From the NCBI RefSeq assembly GCF_009914755.1, contig NC_060944.1: 64,000 bases of DNA, one strand, 5' to 3'. The notes under the pieces were generated by a model. That model saw only the letters and a program-made list of their open reading frames with translations, was not told the DNA's origin and ran no database searches. This stretch comes from the human T2T-CHM13v2.0 reference genome, Homo sapiens. Positions 1 to 13,015 of the stretch are shown piece by piece (position 1 is the stretch's first letter; every line of letters begins with the position of its first letter). The translations under genes were made by a program, and so were the position numbers.

Positions 1-79
1 TTGTCTTGTTGCTAATATCCATTCTAACAGGTGTGATATCTCCTTGTGGTTGTAAGTGGCATTTTCCTGATAATTAGTG
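1..79 (-). mobile_element. Old L1 fragment
   Basis: ccattctaacaggtgtgatatctc...tgtggt...catttt-cctgataattagtg resembles L1 3' ORF2 antisense. Confidence 0.6.
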
Positions 80-991
80 CACAGTGCTTCATTCTTAAAG
101 GGGATGATGCCACAGAGTTGCCTTCCAACCTAGCCATGGAGACAGGAGAAACAGGCTGTCTGAGCAGGTTCAGCCTCCATTCCTTACTGGAGGGGCCACA
201 CCGGGAGGAGAAGGAGGTTAGATTGCTAGAGTCTTTTTCAGTCAGGGTGGGCTAGCTTGGGGTCTGTTTAACTGGACTTGTTTAAAGTTGAACAAAGTCT
301 AAGAGACTTGGCTTTCTCTGGGGTTCCTGGTATATATTGATCATGATAGAGAGATACCTTGTGAGATGACTGTGGAGGATTAACCTTCTCTAAAGGTGCT
401 CCTAGGAAGGCCCATCTACTTTCCCTCACCATCCAGATAGGAATTCCATCAGGAATAGCTTTGTGGTTCACCATGAGATGTCACCAAGATATTTTAAGAA
501 ATGAGTGCAAAACAGTGTAAATTGAGAGCTCAGTTTCTTAGCAGTAACATGTATTTAGTGTGTTTGGAAGGAAAACAGCCTAAATTATGGAAAAGTGTGA
601 TGATCAAGATCTGACATAAATACATCAACAAAGACTAAATGTAGACACAGACATCAGAAATGCCTTTCTCACATGCTGCAGGGGTGTCTCCTTTGCCTGG
701 CAGAGCTTTAGAAACACATCATGTGCCTTCAGGGGGTGTTATCTTGGCTGTGGTGCAGGCAAAGCCTAAGCTGCTCTGATCTTTGGGCCTGGAGTCACCT
801 GGAGGAAGGATTTTCAGTATCATATTCCAGATTCTGTACAAAGGTTTTCTGTCTGACACTAGAGGGTTTTTGGCTGATGTGATGCTGCAGATTTGGTCAG
901 CCTTTTGGTGTTGGTTCTTGTGTTTCTGCGTGTGCTCACATAGGACTCCTAGCTTCTAGTACTGAACCTTAGTTCTGTTCGCATCTTTTTG

Positions 992-1061
992 TGACCTCTG
1001 TTGATCTGGGAGCAGCTTTCCTTCTTTAACCAAGGCTCTGCTGTCCATAGATTGCTGGTGC
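992..1061 (+). repeat. 70-bp dispersed direct repeat, copy 1
   Basis: 67/70 identical to 2365-2434. Confidence 0.95.
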
Positions 1062-1479
1062 TGAATAAGTCCAATCCACTACTGCCCTCAATGCTCCCGT
1101 TTTGGGGTTCTCTCTCCGGCCCTGTGACTTTCTGAGTATAAACTATGCTTGGTCTTGTTCATAACAATCTCTAAAGATTGATTGATTTTTGTGAGCTGCC
1201 AAAGAGAAGTGCCTGGAATAGCAATTGTTACTGTGAAACAGGGCTGAGAGGCTGGAATGGTGAACATTTCTGCCACCTGGGGGAGGTCGCAGGGAATATA
1301 TTTAAGTTGCAATTTTCTCCACCTCCTAGAAACTCCTCAGTTCTTGGGTTGGTTTTTCCTTTCTTTTCTTTTAATATCTCTTGTCTAGACATCCAGGAGC
1401 CTAGTGATACATTACATTGTTCAGCCCCTTAACATTTATTTCATAAAGCACTTTTACGTATATTAAAAGGAAACAGTTC

Positions 1480-1720
1480 AGAACATAGACTTTGAAGGCA
1501 TGCTGCCTAAATCCCCATGATGGCTTTCCATTGCAGGCTGTGCAACCTTGAGCAACTCCCTCTTTCTGCGCTCAATGTTCTCGTATAATGGGGGCAATAA
1601 TATACCTACTTTATAAATTGTGGGGATAGATAAATTAATATTTGTAAAGTGATTAGAACAAGACTTGCATGTAGTAGTCCTACATAAATGTTCTTTACTA
1701 TTATAATTATCATTATTATT
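1480..1720 (+). mobile_element. MIR SINE
   Basis: MIR core-like accttgagcaa...ctcaatgttctcgtataatggggg-caataatatacctac; att-rich tail. Confidence 0.65.
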
Positions 1721-2364
1721 GCTACTACATTTATTGTCATGGCCAACTGTTTAGGGTAGTGGCATAATCGAAATTACCTTTGATTCTAGCTCCTTCCTTC
1801 CTATGCCCTAGCTTCAATCCCTATTAAATAAATTCACCCTGCCCTAAGTATTTGGGGAGCTTCCTGATGCTGTCTCTCCTGCATTTAGTGTCAAGCCTCA
1901 TAGGCCTACTCATCTGCTGGTGATCACTGTCACTTGTACTCCTGCCAAGCACTGGTACTGCCCCATGGCTTCATCCAGCTATTACTGCCTTTTCCTCTGT
2001 TCACCCAGGTCCAGCAGTTCTTCAGAGATCATTTGAAAGGCCCAGAGCCTCTAAGTTGTGGAGTGACCCAGAGTGGAGCAGGGAGAATGGCTCACTGCCC
2101 TTTGGTTTACATTTTTCACAAAGGACTCAGCCCTCCTGCAAAGAAAATTCACTCTGCCAAGCATTAGTGAGCAATAGAGATTTTCCTGGAGATTAGGCCC
2201 AAAAGATGGTTTTATTGCATACCATGCAGCAAAACACCTAATAAATTAAACACTTCTTTAGCCTGCCAGGATGCTTTTGCCAGTCACCTGTCCCTCAGAC
2301 ATTTCTAAGCCATGGTGCTCTTTCCTCTCCTCTTTTAAAAATAATTCAGAATAATTTCTATCTT

Positions 2365-2434
2365 TGACCTCTGTTGGTCTGGGAGCAGCTTTCCCTCTTT
2401 AACCAAGGCTCTGCTGTCCACAGATTGCTGGTGC
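2365..2434 (+). repeat. 70-bp dispersed direct repeat, copy 2
   Basis: 67/70 identical to 992-1061. Confidence 0.95.
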
Positions 2435-2994
2435 ATATTCTTTTGCATAATGTTTGGACTCCTGCTTACTTCAGCCCTCAAAGTGCTCATCTGAGCCGCT
2501 CTTTGGCACACATAGTACCTCCCTCATATCAGTTGCTGAGAAGTCAAATGTTTCTTCATATGTTACACAAAAATAAGGCTACTGCCCTTTTGGGTCACTG
2601 TTTCACTCACTCACTCACCAGCCTTATAGCCAGTTAGTGTTTTCAGATCTACTCAATTTTGAATTATTTTCCAACTTGCGAAAGCTCATGTTTCAGAATT
2701 TGCTCTAGTCAGGACCACAGTCTTCCTGACTTGCAGGAATGTGTGTAGTGTGGTATTGGATACCTCCATGGGGATGGGCACCCCAACACAGCTGTAGCTG
2801 GCAGCCTGGCCTTCCCTTGTAAGACCAGCCCATCCAGGTATGTGCTTTCAGGAAGTAAATCAAACATCACCGCTTTTTAGAGAGACTGATGTGTGCCCTC
2901 AGAGAGCACACAGGAGTCAGAATATGCATGGCACTGGCAGTGGCCAAGTTCTTGGGTGGAAATGGCCTGTTTGGCCAAATCCAGGCACTAGATA

Positions 2995-3183
2995 ATTGTT
3001 TTCCAGAGTGTGGTCCACAGAACACTTGCATCACCTGGGGAATGTACAAAACATATATATTTCAAAGCTTTCCCAAGACTTTTCCAATCAGCCTGTGGAG
3101 GTAGGGGTGAAGAATCTGTATTTTTAAACAAAGCCCTTAGCTAGTTCTTCCACATCCTAAAATTTGGGAACCACTGCCCTAGA
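2995..3183. mobile_element. MER5-family hAT-Charlie DNA transposon relic
   Basis: catcacctgggga...gaatctgtatttttaaaca...aatttgggaaccactg. Confidence 0.6.
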
Positions 3184-3234
3184 CTGTAAGTTCCATTAAG
3201 GCAGGGACTTGAATTCTATCCCTCAAGTAAACAA

Positions 3235-3641
3235 TGTTGGGTCCCTTCTTTCTCCTGATGGATATATAGGAAGAGTCTATTTCCCAATTCCCTTGCAATT
3301 ATGTGAGACACGCAATCATTTCCAGCTAATGGGCTGTATGCAAAAATAAAGCATATTACTTCTGGGCCAAAGTATAGAGATGAGGGGTGAGTTCTCCGGT
3401 TCTCACTTTACCTTTCTGTGATGACTCATGAGGTCACATATTCCAGATGGTACAGCTACAAGGTAGTGGAGCCTCTGTCATCCTGGCTTCTTGAGTGACT
3501 GTGTGGAGCAGAGTCCCCTTGCAGAGCCGCTGTGGACATGGAACATGAGTGAGAAATAAACATCTGCTCTGTTAAGCCACTAAAATTTCAGGATTAATTT
3601 GCTATCACAGCATAACCCAGCTTTATCTTTACCAATATACA
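3235..3641 (+). mobile_element. MLT1 (MLT1J-like) MaLR solo LTR
   Basis: gagtgactgtgtggagcagagtcccc...gagtgagaaataaac...gttaagccactaaaattt...cagcataacccagc...taca. Confidence 0.7.
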
Positions 3642-4609
3642 AGACACTTTTATCATCTTACAGTGATGTTGGACAATCGATTTGTTTATTATTAAAAAGT
3701 TTAATGAGATTTGCTTTAAGCTTCAGCAACAGTTGCTGGAGAAACAATATCTGACTGCAGTGGGCAGGGCTGGGACTAGAGTGAGACAAGTGAGAGACGT
3801 AAAAGGCCCAAACTATTCATCTCAGCATTGCTCTCGAGAGCTCCTGCTTTGTAAAGGAACAAGTAAAAATGATTTGTAATCTCACTCCTCCTTCAGGCAA
3901 CAAAGACTCACTGAGACCAGCATGCCAGAGCTCAGCACTGGGACAGAGGAGTAAATAGGCATTGTCCTGGTCCTCAAGGAAGTCACAGTCAAATGAGAAA
4001 CCAGACAGATAAGGACAACATGGGGTGGTTGTTTCCCAGAAGGAGGGGTAAGCCAAGGGCTTAGCAGCCCAGATGAAGCAGAGGCCTCCTCCAGTTGGAC
4101 TCTGTGGGCAGCTCAGCTCCCTTGACAATGACTGTTGAGAAAATGCCAGCCACGCAGTGCCTTGTGCTGGTGTTTGGAGAAGAGTTGTGTGCTGGTAATT
4201 GATGGTGTGTACTTGTTCAGATGTCCCAAATAGCTGATGATTTGATTATGAGGACTTTACAACCACTCAGGCCCAGGCTCATTCTGGTTTTCCAAAGAAG
4301 ATGATTCCAGACACACACCAATCGAGAGGACTCATGCTAGGCATTGGGCATAGAGCCTGGCACAAGGCCTGGTCACAGGAATTGCCCAGTAAAGGGCAGT
4401 TCTTCTCTGTCCTCCATGTCTGTTGGCCAGAGTTAAGTCATGGGAGTGGTCACAAAGAGGGAGGAGGCAGGAAACCTTATTAATAAAGAAGTTGATGGCA
4501 TTTATAAGTAAAATAATGTTAAGTGAATATCTGTGATTTGCTGGGCATGAGTCTAAGTACTTTATCTGTAAGAACTCACTTAATCCTCAGAAGAAACCCA
4601 ATGAGAGAG

Positions 4610-5122
4610 GTATTCGCTTTCGTCTCCCACTGCTGCTGTGATAAGCCATCACAAACTTGGTGACTTAAAGCAACACAGACTGATTACATTACAATTCTGG
4701 AGGTCAGAGATCTGACATGAAACTAACTGGGCTAGAATTTTAAGGTGTTGGAAGTGCTGTCTTCCTTTGTGGAAACTCTAGAGAAGAATCCATTTCCTGG
4801 CCTTTTTCCCACTTCTAAAGGCCGCCTGCATTTCTTGGCTTATTGCCCCTTCTGCCTTCAAAGCTAGCAGTGTCACCTGAGTCGTCCTTACACTACCATC
4901 TCTGGTTCTCTTCTGTCTCTCTCATCTCTGTTTGAAGATGCTTTTGACTATGTTAGGTCTACCTGGATTATCCAGGATAATCTATTTACCTCAAGGTCAG
5001 CTGATTAGCAACCTTAATTCCATCTGCAACTTTAATTTTCTTTTGCCATGTAACCTAACATATTCACAGGTTCCAGGGATTAGGACATAGACACCTTTGG
5101 GAGGGGATTATTCTACCTACCA
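4610..5122 (-). mobile_element. MLT1D-like MaLR solo LTR inserted into a MIR
   Basis: acaaacttggtgacttaaagcaacac...ttctggaggtcaga...tcaaggtcagctgattagcaaccttaattccatctgcaac...ggattattctacctacca; gagag on both flanks as a possible TSD. Confidence 0.8.
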
Positions 5123-5132
5123 GAGAGAGTAC

Positions 5133-5566
5133 TGTTAATAAAGGAGGTACTATTAAAGGAGGACCAAGACCATCACAGTGATTGCAAGAGTCAGCACTGA
5201 ATTTACTAATTTAACAACCAAGGGAAGATAACTTGGGGAAGAAATACACTGAGTGGCTCCCTGAAGGGAAAATGTCAGTGAGTTTTACGTGCAGGCAAGA
5301 AAGTTTCGTTGTGATTATGCTAATTAAGAATCGAAGTTTGCATCCTAGATTAGACAAAATAAATCAATTGATCCATACATTAAAATGTCTTTTTATATTC
5401 ACCAAGCGAGAGGCTTCAGGTTGGTCTAGGGAAGATCTGGTGTCCTGAGGTCACTCCAAGTCCGTAGATGTTTATCTGCTTCAGTTGGTTAGTATTGCCA
5501 GTGTGGTAAAACTCAGCATTCAGTGCCTGTACAAGTGGAAAGTCCTTTTTTTTTTTCTTTTAAACA
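5133..5566. mobile_element. Probable ERV1-class solo LTR (family not recognised)
   Basis: TGTT...AACA termini with a 4-bp TSD GTAC (5129-5132 and 5567-5570); interrupts a MIR. Confidence 0.6.
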
Positions 5567-6664
5567 GTACTATTATTGTTCCCAGTTTACAGATGAGGAA
5601 ACTGAGACTTACAGACACCACATAACTTGAAGATAGTAAAGCCAGGATTCATACCTGAACAACTGAGGCCAAGTCTCCCTTTCTCCTTTTTTTCCCAAAG
5701 CAAATGTAGTTTCTTTATTTCTCTATAAATCATCAGCTGACCCTCACAATTTAGTTGAATCCAGAAACATAATTCAAGGTAGTCATTGAAATCATCCCTC
5801 TAGTTACATGCTCAGTCTATTTTAGCAATACACTAAGTCTCTCAGATTTTTTTCTTACAATATTTACCCCTCAACTACTCTCCCAAGGCTATGTCTAAAG
5901 GGGCAGGGGTTGGTGGGGGAGGTTTCCCTTGACCTCATGGAGGTGAGGAAGTGGGCAAGTGCCCTGGAGTCATGTCCTCCGCCTCTGCGTTGGTCTGGTC
6001 TGTATAGTTGCTGGACTGGCCTTTTCCTGGGGCTGAGAGCACCCAAGGTCCATTAGGGTCTTAGTGCCCATGATCACAGCTCTTGAAAGCCTCTGTACCC
6101 CGAGCCTGCAAGTCTCCTTTCTTAATTGCTTTATTCAAGGACTCAAGACTCCAGGTGTTGCCGACACTCTTCTCCTGAACCCACCCAATCTAAGAGGCTG
6201 CAAGTGGAGAATTCAACAATGGCACTTCCTGGGGGTTGAGAGGCTCAGATGGAAAAATCAATGCTTATCTCTGCCAGGAGTTTTGGGAAAATGCATTTCT
6301 TGAGTGAATGGGGACATTTGCAGATGAAATTCACCAACCATCAGGCAGCCAGTGCCTCTTGCAGCAGAAAACATGATCAGCTTCTGACATTAACCCCAGG
6401 GCAGGAAGGAGCAGCTCATTAAGCTCTGGCAGGGATGCTGACAGCCACAGACGTGAGACCATGTTTATAAACGACTTACAGTGGGGACCAGTGACACCTC
6501 ATTATAGGCGCCCATCAAGGGCCTGTTCTTCCCTCTTTATCTCCCTCTATCAATCTTCCAGTGCAGAGTCTGTAATTAGGACCTGTATTGACTCTTGATC
6601 AATTTGTTTAGTTAGGCCGAGGAAGAACACTGCTGGTTACGTGTACACATTGAAAAGGTTGTCA

Positions 6665-6696
<32 letters not shown>

Positions 6697-6710
6697 TCTG
6701 TGTCTGTGTG
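6665..6710 (+). repeat. (TG)n microsatellite
   Basis: Seen directly. Confidence 0.95.
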
Positions 6711-8184
6711 TTGTAGGGGGCACGGAGGGAGGGACACAGGATTCCTGGCTCTGCCTGTAGCCACAGAAGTACGCCTGAGGGATTCAGTTTCTCTCTGATG
6801 TGGTTCCTCATGTCTTTGGGGGCTGCCATGACAGCTGGCACCCAGCCCTCCCTGAGATGATTTGGGATGCCTGATACTTTCACTGTGTTACATAGAATTG
6901 CTCCCTGTGAGTTGGGTTCTGCACTGTGCCATGTGGATTAATTCTTGCATAGGCCCTGACAAACGTCTCCAATGAGGAAATGAAAACTTAGTGTGGACAA
7001 GTAACTTGTTGGGGGTTAAGGTAACCCCACAACTTTGTGAGGTTGCCTTAAACACGTAATGTCAATCAGACCAGAAGTGGGACAAGATCTTTGGTACAGC
7101 CTATTGGGTGATACTGATGCATCTACAAACACACTGTCATTAATTGGGGGTGAGGTAGGAGATAGCTAGGCTCAGCCCCAATCCTAGCAAATAGGAAACC
7201 TTGTTTAGCAAATAGGCTAAATTGGTTGAGGACCTATACTACCCCTGGGGGATTGCTGCCTGGGCTGTCAGACAGCTTGGCAAGTGACAAGACCCTCTTC
7301 CTTTGAAGACAGGCCACCAGACCCTCTTCATTCAGCTTGTTACACATTCTGGTCCCATAGCCAGTTCCACTTGCACTGAGCTCATGGTCACATGAGAATC
7401 ATATCGTGATGAATTGGCCTTCCATGCAGATTCTCTGTGGATAGATAATGGTTGATTTTGCATTTCTCATACCTGAATTTAAATACTGGCATTCAGGTAT
7501 ATTCATTAGCTTCTTGTAAGCTTGGTAAATGTGAGTCTAGTCCAGTAGGATGGCTGTACCCTTTAGTTCTGGACAAGCACAAAATCCTGAAACTTGGGGC
7601 TGTGACTAAGCGGCTATGCTTGATGGGTTCTTCTGGGAGATTTGTCAGTCACATTTTCTGGGAGACACTGGGCCCTTGTGACCCCATAAACCCATGGCTA
7701 TTACCTTTTTGTATTGAAGGAGGCAGGACTTCATATTTTATTTGCTGACTCTGTATTTGATACTCTTCCCAGTGCCCAATATCATCTTCCTAGTCTTGGT
7801 CTCCCAATGCAGACATCTGGTAGCCTAGGCTCTGCTCTGGAAAATATGGAGTGGGTTTGAAGGGTGAGGGTTGAGGGGATGAATATTTCAAGATTCTCCT
7901 GACTTGGCGCTGGAGAGGAAAACAACAGAATTGGGCTTTCTGGGTCACTCCCTGGGTTTCATAGGTTGAATTTCAGAGTTTCAACTGATGGCCAGCTCCT
8001 CTCTGCAAAGAGCAGCTCAGGGGCTAGTCACACTCTGAAGGAAGTTGAGAAAAGGCCAAGGATGAATCCCTGACCAGTAGAGTTCATAATAAAACTCATG
8101 CATGATGTTTTTCATATGGGAAACTCAGTTCTTCCTGAGTATGGGGAAAGGTCCCAGATGCAGGCTCAGAAGCTGGCTCTGTTG

Positions 8185-9060
<876 letters not shown>

Positions 9061-10199
9061 GCCACTAGCCCTGTGGCTTTGAATTGGACCTTTAACTCCT
9101 TTGACTCAAATGTGAGACAATGACGTCCACTAACAGGGTATATATGTGACAATGCACATCGAAGCTGCTGGCATGCAGTAGGTGCTCAGCAAATCATGGT
9201 TTCTTACTCTTCCAGAAGGCCCTTCACATGTCTCTTGGCCTCCCCTTAGGGGAATATTGGTCTGGACTGCCAAGTCAAAAGGAAAGTGCTACATGGGCTC
9301 CACTGCCTGTTTCTAATTAAAATCATAAAAACCTTCTGTGAACACCTTAATAGTGTCTGCTAGGCTGAAGGCAAGTTTCATGAATAGATTCCTTAAAGGG
9401 AACCTGGAACTACTCCTATAAAATGCAACTTTGAAAGAAACCAACCTCCAGGGCCTAACTGCAACCACAGAAACAAAAATAACCAAATTCCCTCATTCCC
9501 CAGGGCAGTAGCTCTCAAAGTATGCTCTGAATCTCTTGGGGAGCTTACTGAAAATGCTGATTGCTAGGCACCACCATGCAGTGAGCTTGTTGTGGGGCTG
9601 GGGTACAGAAATCCTCAATTTTCAGAAGCACCCCCATCTCATTGAGTTCTGAGACTCTCCACTTGGGCTTTCAGAGCTCAAGGGAAACTTAGAGATAAAG
9701 TGGCTGATCTCACCATACAGAAAGGAAAGAACCGAGATGGCTCCAAGAGGGGCTGAGATCAGCATCCCTCTGCAAGTTGAGGGGAGGCAAGAGCAGAGCT
9801 CAGGCTGATGCTCCCCATATAGTGCTCCCTCCTATCCCCCCACCATCCTGCAGACATTCAGCCTCATTCATTACAGCCACATGGAATGGCTCTGAGCATA
9901 CCATCAGCATACCTAGCAGACATTCTGATTTTTCCCAGGGCTCTTCCACAAATATTTCGGAGAACTCCAGGGATGCTTGCATGCACAGCTTGGATATTTG
10001 GCTTCTTCTCACTACCAATTTGGGGATCTCAGTGATGTTCCTTTTTCATTGCTGGACTTAGCAAGTGCCTTGTGAGTGGGAGGGAAATCTCCCCTTTCGT
10101 GGTCTCCGTAGGATGCAGTTTCCTGCCTGTAAGCAGAACTATTTCCTGGGATCCTTCTGCTTGTCTGAGGCGTTTGGTCTCTTCCAAAGGATTGGTAGC

Positions 10200-10370
10200 A
10201 TTTACAAATGCATACTCTTGCCTAGACACTGTTTTAAGTTCTTTACAGAGATACCCCCATTTTCAGATTTAAGAACTGAGGGCCAGAAATATTAAGTAAC
10301 TTGCCCAAGGTCACACAGCTTGTAAGGGGCAGAGCCTGGCTTTGAACTCAGGAAATCTAGCTCTGAATCT
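10200..10370 (-). mobile_element. MIR SINE
   Basis: cccatttttcagat...aactgagggccaga...aagtaacttgcccaaggtcacacagct. Confidence 0.8.
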
Positions 10371-11202
10371 CTGCTCTGAGCCGCTCTGTTCCAGTGAGTA
10401 CTGAGCCCCTGCATGCTGTGTGTCGGGCTGTCTCCCACAATGGACCATGTATTGGCCTCATGAAACTCATTCCTGTATCCCTAATAGTAAATAGAGTGCC
10501 TGACACATAGCAGCCTGGTGAATATTCCTTGTGAAGGAATATGTCTATTTTTAGGTATGAATGGAAGTGAAGCTTTAACTCCACAAGGAAACTTTTAGGT
10601 GCGGCCACAGGGATACTGACCAGAACAGGAGAAGAGGTCCTGAATCACGGAGGCGGGTGAGGAGTGAAGTTGGAGGCTGACTCGGTAGCCTAGAGGGGAG
10701 CAGCTGAGGCTGCTGTGCCCATGATTCAGTCACTGTGCCCCTGAGAGGGACCCACTGGCTATTACTGACATGTCAAAAGCAGGGCCAGGAGCTGTGGGTT
10801 ATCCAAAAACACAAATTTATGAAAATAGCCCTCCCTATTGAGAAACATTGGCTCAACTAGGCAGAGAAAAGCTCTGCATCAGTGCCACCTGGTGAGAACT
10901 AAATGGGAGAAAGATAGCTCATGTAGCTGCTGTAAATGTATTACTCAGGAACGGCTTGGAGATTATTTACAAGATGCTGAGAGATGCACTGATCCTATAT
11001 CAGCAGCACCATGGAGACCAGCAGACTGGCTTGGGCCCACGGTTTGGGTCTTTGCTTTTCACTCACTTTGGCCAGAGGACCAAAAGTGGTCATCGCCTGG
11101 ATTCTTCCTCAAAGCCCTGAAAACAGCAGTGTGTCAGTGTGTCAGTGGATTTGCTTTGGAGGTCTCTATGAGACAGAAGGGTAGAGAGGAGGATGCATTC
11201 CC

Positions 11203-11330
11203 ACTGTCTTAGTTGGGTTTCTGCAGGAGTAACTCTGAGACAAGGAATTGGGTGCAATGGCTTATTTGCGTGGTGACCCCAGGAAGCTCTACAGAAAAAT
11301 GGGGAAGTGAGGCAAGGAGGGAAAAGAATT
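11203..11330 (-). mobile_element. LTR16-like ERVL LTR fragment
   Basis: tgtcttagttgggtttc...ctctgagacaaggaatt...ttatttgcgtggtgaccccaggaagc...ggggaagtgaggcaagg. Confidence 0.55.
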
Positions 11331-12810
11331 GTGAGAGTTCGCTCCTGCTTTGTTTTGAAGGGTCTAGTCTTCAGCTAACAATTGCCCTAACTTCCTTCAG
11401 AGGATTATTGAGATGACAGACAACTGCAAAACCTAGGCAGGTCCCCCAGTGAGGGTGAACTGAGGGATGAACGACAGGCTGAGACCAGCAGTCAGAGTGG
11501 TTGTCAGACCCCCATGGGGACCAGTGGTAAAACTACTTCTAATTTTGGGGAACAAGGGGGAGAGAGGCAAGAGACGAAGTTCCTCTAAATACTGAGATAA
11601 TATTCTCAATTACCATCTACGTCAATCATTGGTGCATGTGTACAAATAAAAATTAAAATATGTCTTCATACATCCGACTGAAGTCACAGTTATCCCTGGG
11701 AGTAGTGCAACGTCGCAGACAGCTGTTCTCAAGTCTGAGTGACCTTGTGTCTTCTGTTTTTGAGCGTCCACATTTTCCAAACTTCCTGGCACAAGCAATT
11801 TCCAGACAAAACTCCCAGATTGTTTAGCTCCTGATGAACCTGTTTGATCTGGAATTTCCTCGAGACCTGGCTCTATTTGCCAGCTGAACAGATTATACTG
11901 ATTGATGTGTTTGTGTGGGTTTCAAATCATTTCTAAGTAACGCAAATCTGCTTAGACTCCCGGTGCTGACTGCAGTTTGCTTCCGGACATCTGGGGTGGC
12001 ATACCCTGTTGGGCACGGAAGGACAAGTGGAAGCCAGACTTGGCACAGACAGACCAGGCCTGGCAACGGGAGCACCCCAGGGCACACATCTATGCAGCAA
12101 GGCACTCTGGGACCCACAAGACCTGGAGACCCTTGTGCTCTGAGGGCACTCTGCTGGGCCCTGCCTGCTTCTGAGCACAGGGCAGATGGCAGACTCACAT
12201 GAGACCTATTTTCCCAGGCCCCAGAGTGTGGCTGATAAGGCAGGTAGCTGCAGCCACAGCCAGTCTGGGTGGTCTCTTTCCCTCTCAGACACCCTGTGGG
12301 TCCCAGTGATGTCACAAGTTCAATTATGTACCTGCTTATGTTTGTGTTTTGAAGCATTTGGAGCTTTGAAGAGTGGCCCCCCCACACCCCGCATACTTCC
12401 CTGTCTCCCCTCCCATACCATTTTTTTTAGATCATCAGGTAAGCCTTCAGCAGAGGGGCAGTGGCATGAACATTTGAAAAAGAAGGAGCAGAACTCATCT
12501 CTGTGTATGCCGTTGGTATCCACCTCACCAGGAGTAGGGTTGAGAACAGGAGCTTGGGTTCTCAGTTGGGCCCCAACCTCACCTCAGTCTCAGGTGCTCA
12601 CCTTGCAGATGCCCACCATCCCCACCTGGCAGTGCCATTTATATTTCCAAAGCAATCTCTGATTAGGGTGAGTCCAGGGCTCCTGCAGGCTGGAGCTCCC
12701 TTGCTTTCCTCTTACACAGTGGTCAGGAATAAAGTGCTCTTCCCTCCTGAAAAGATGAGGCCCGTGTCGGTGGCTTTCATCCCAGCTACTTGTAGAACTC
12801 ATAAATTAGA

Positions 12811-13015
12811 GCAGCAATTGGCTAACTTTTTCTGTAAAAAGCCAGATAGTAAGTATTTTAGGCTTTTCGAGTCATAGGGTCTCTGTTGCAATGCGTCAAC
12901 TCTGCCATAGACAATTTGTAACTTAATAGATATGGCTGTGTTCCAATACATTATTATTTATAAAAATAAGTGGCACGCTGGGTGTGGCTCTCCAACTGTA
13001 GTTTGCTAAAGGCTG
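12811..13015. mobile_element. MER58A DNA transposon
   Basis: ggctaactttttctgtaaaaagccagatagtaagtattttaggcttt...ggctgtgttccaata...tagtttgct. Confidence 0.8.
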
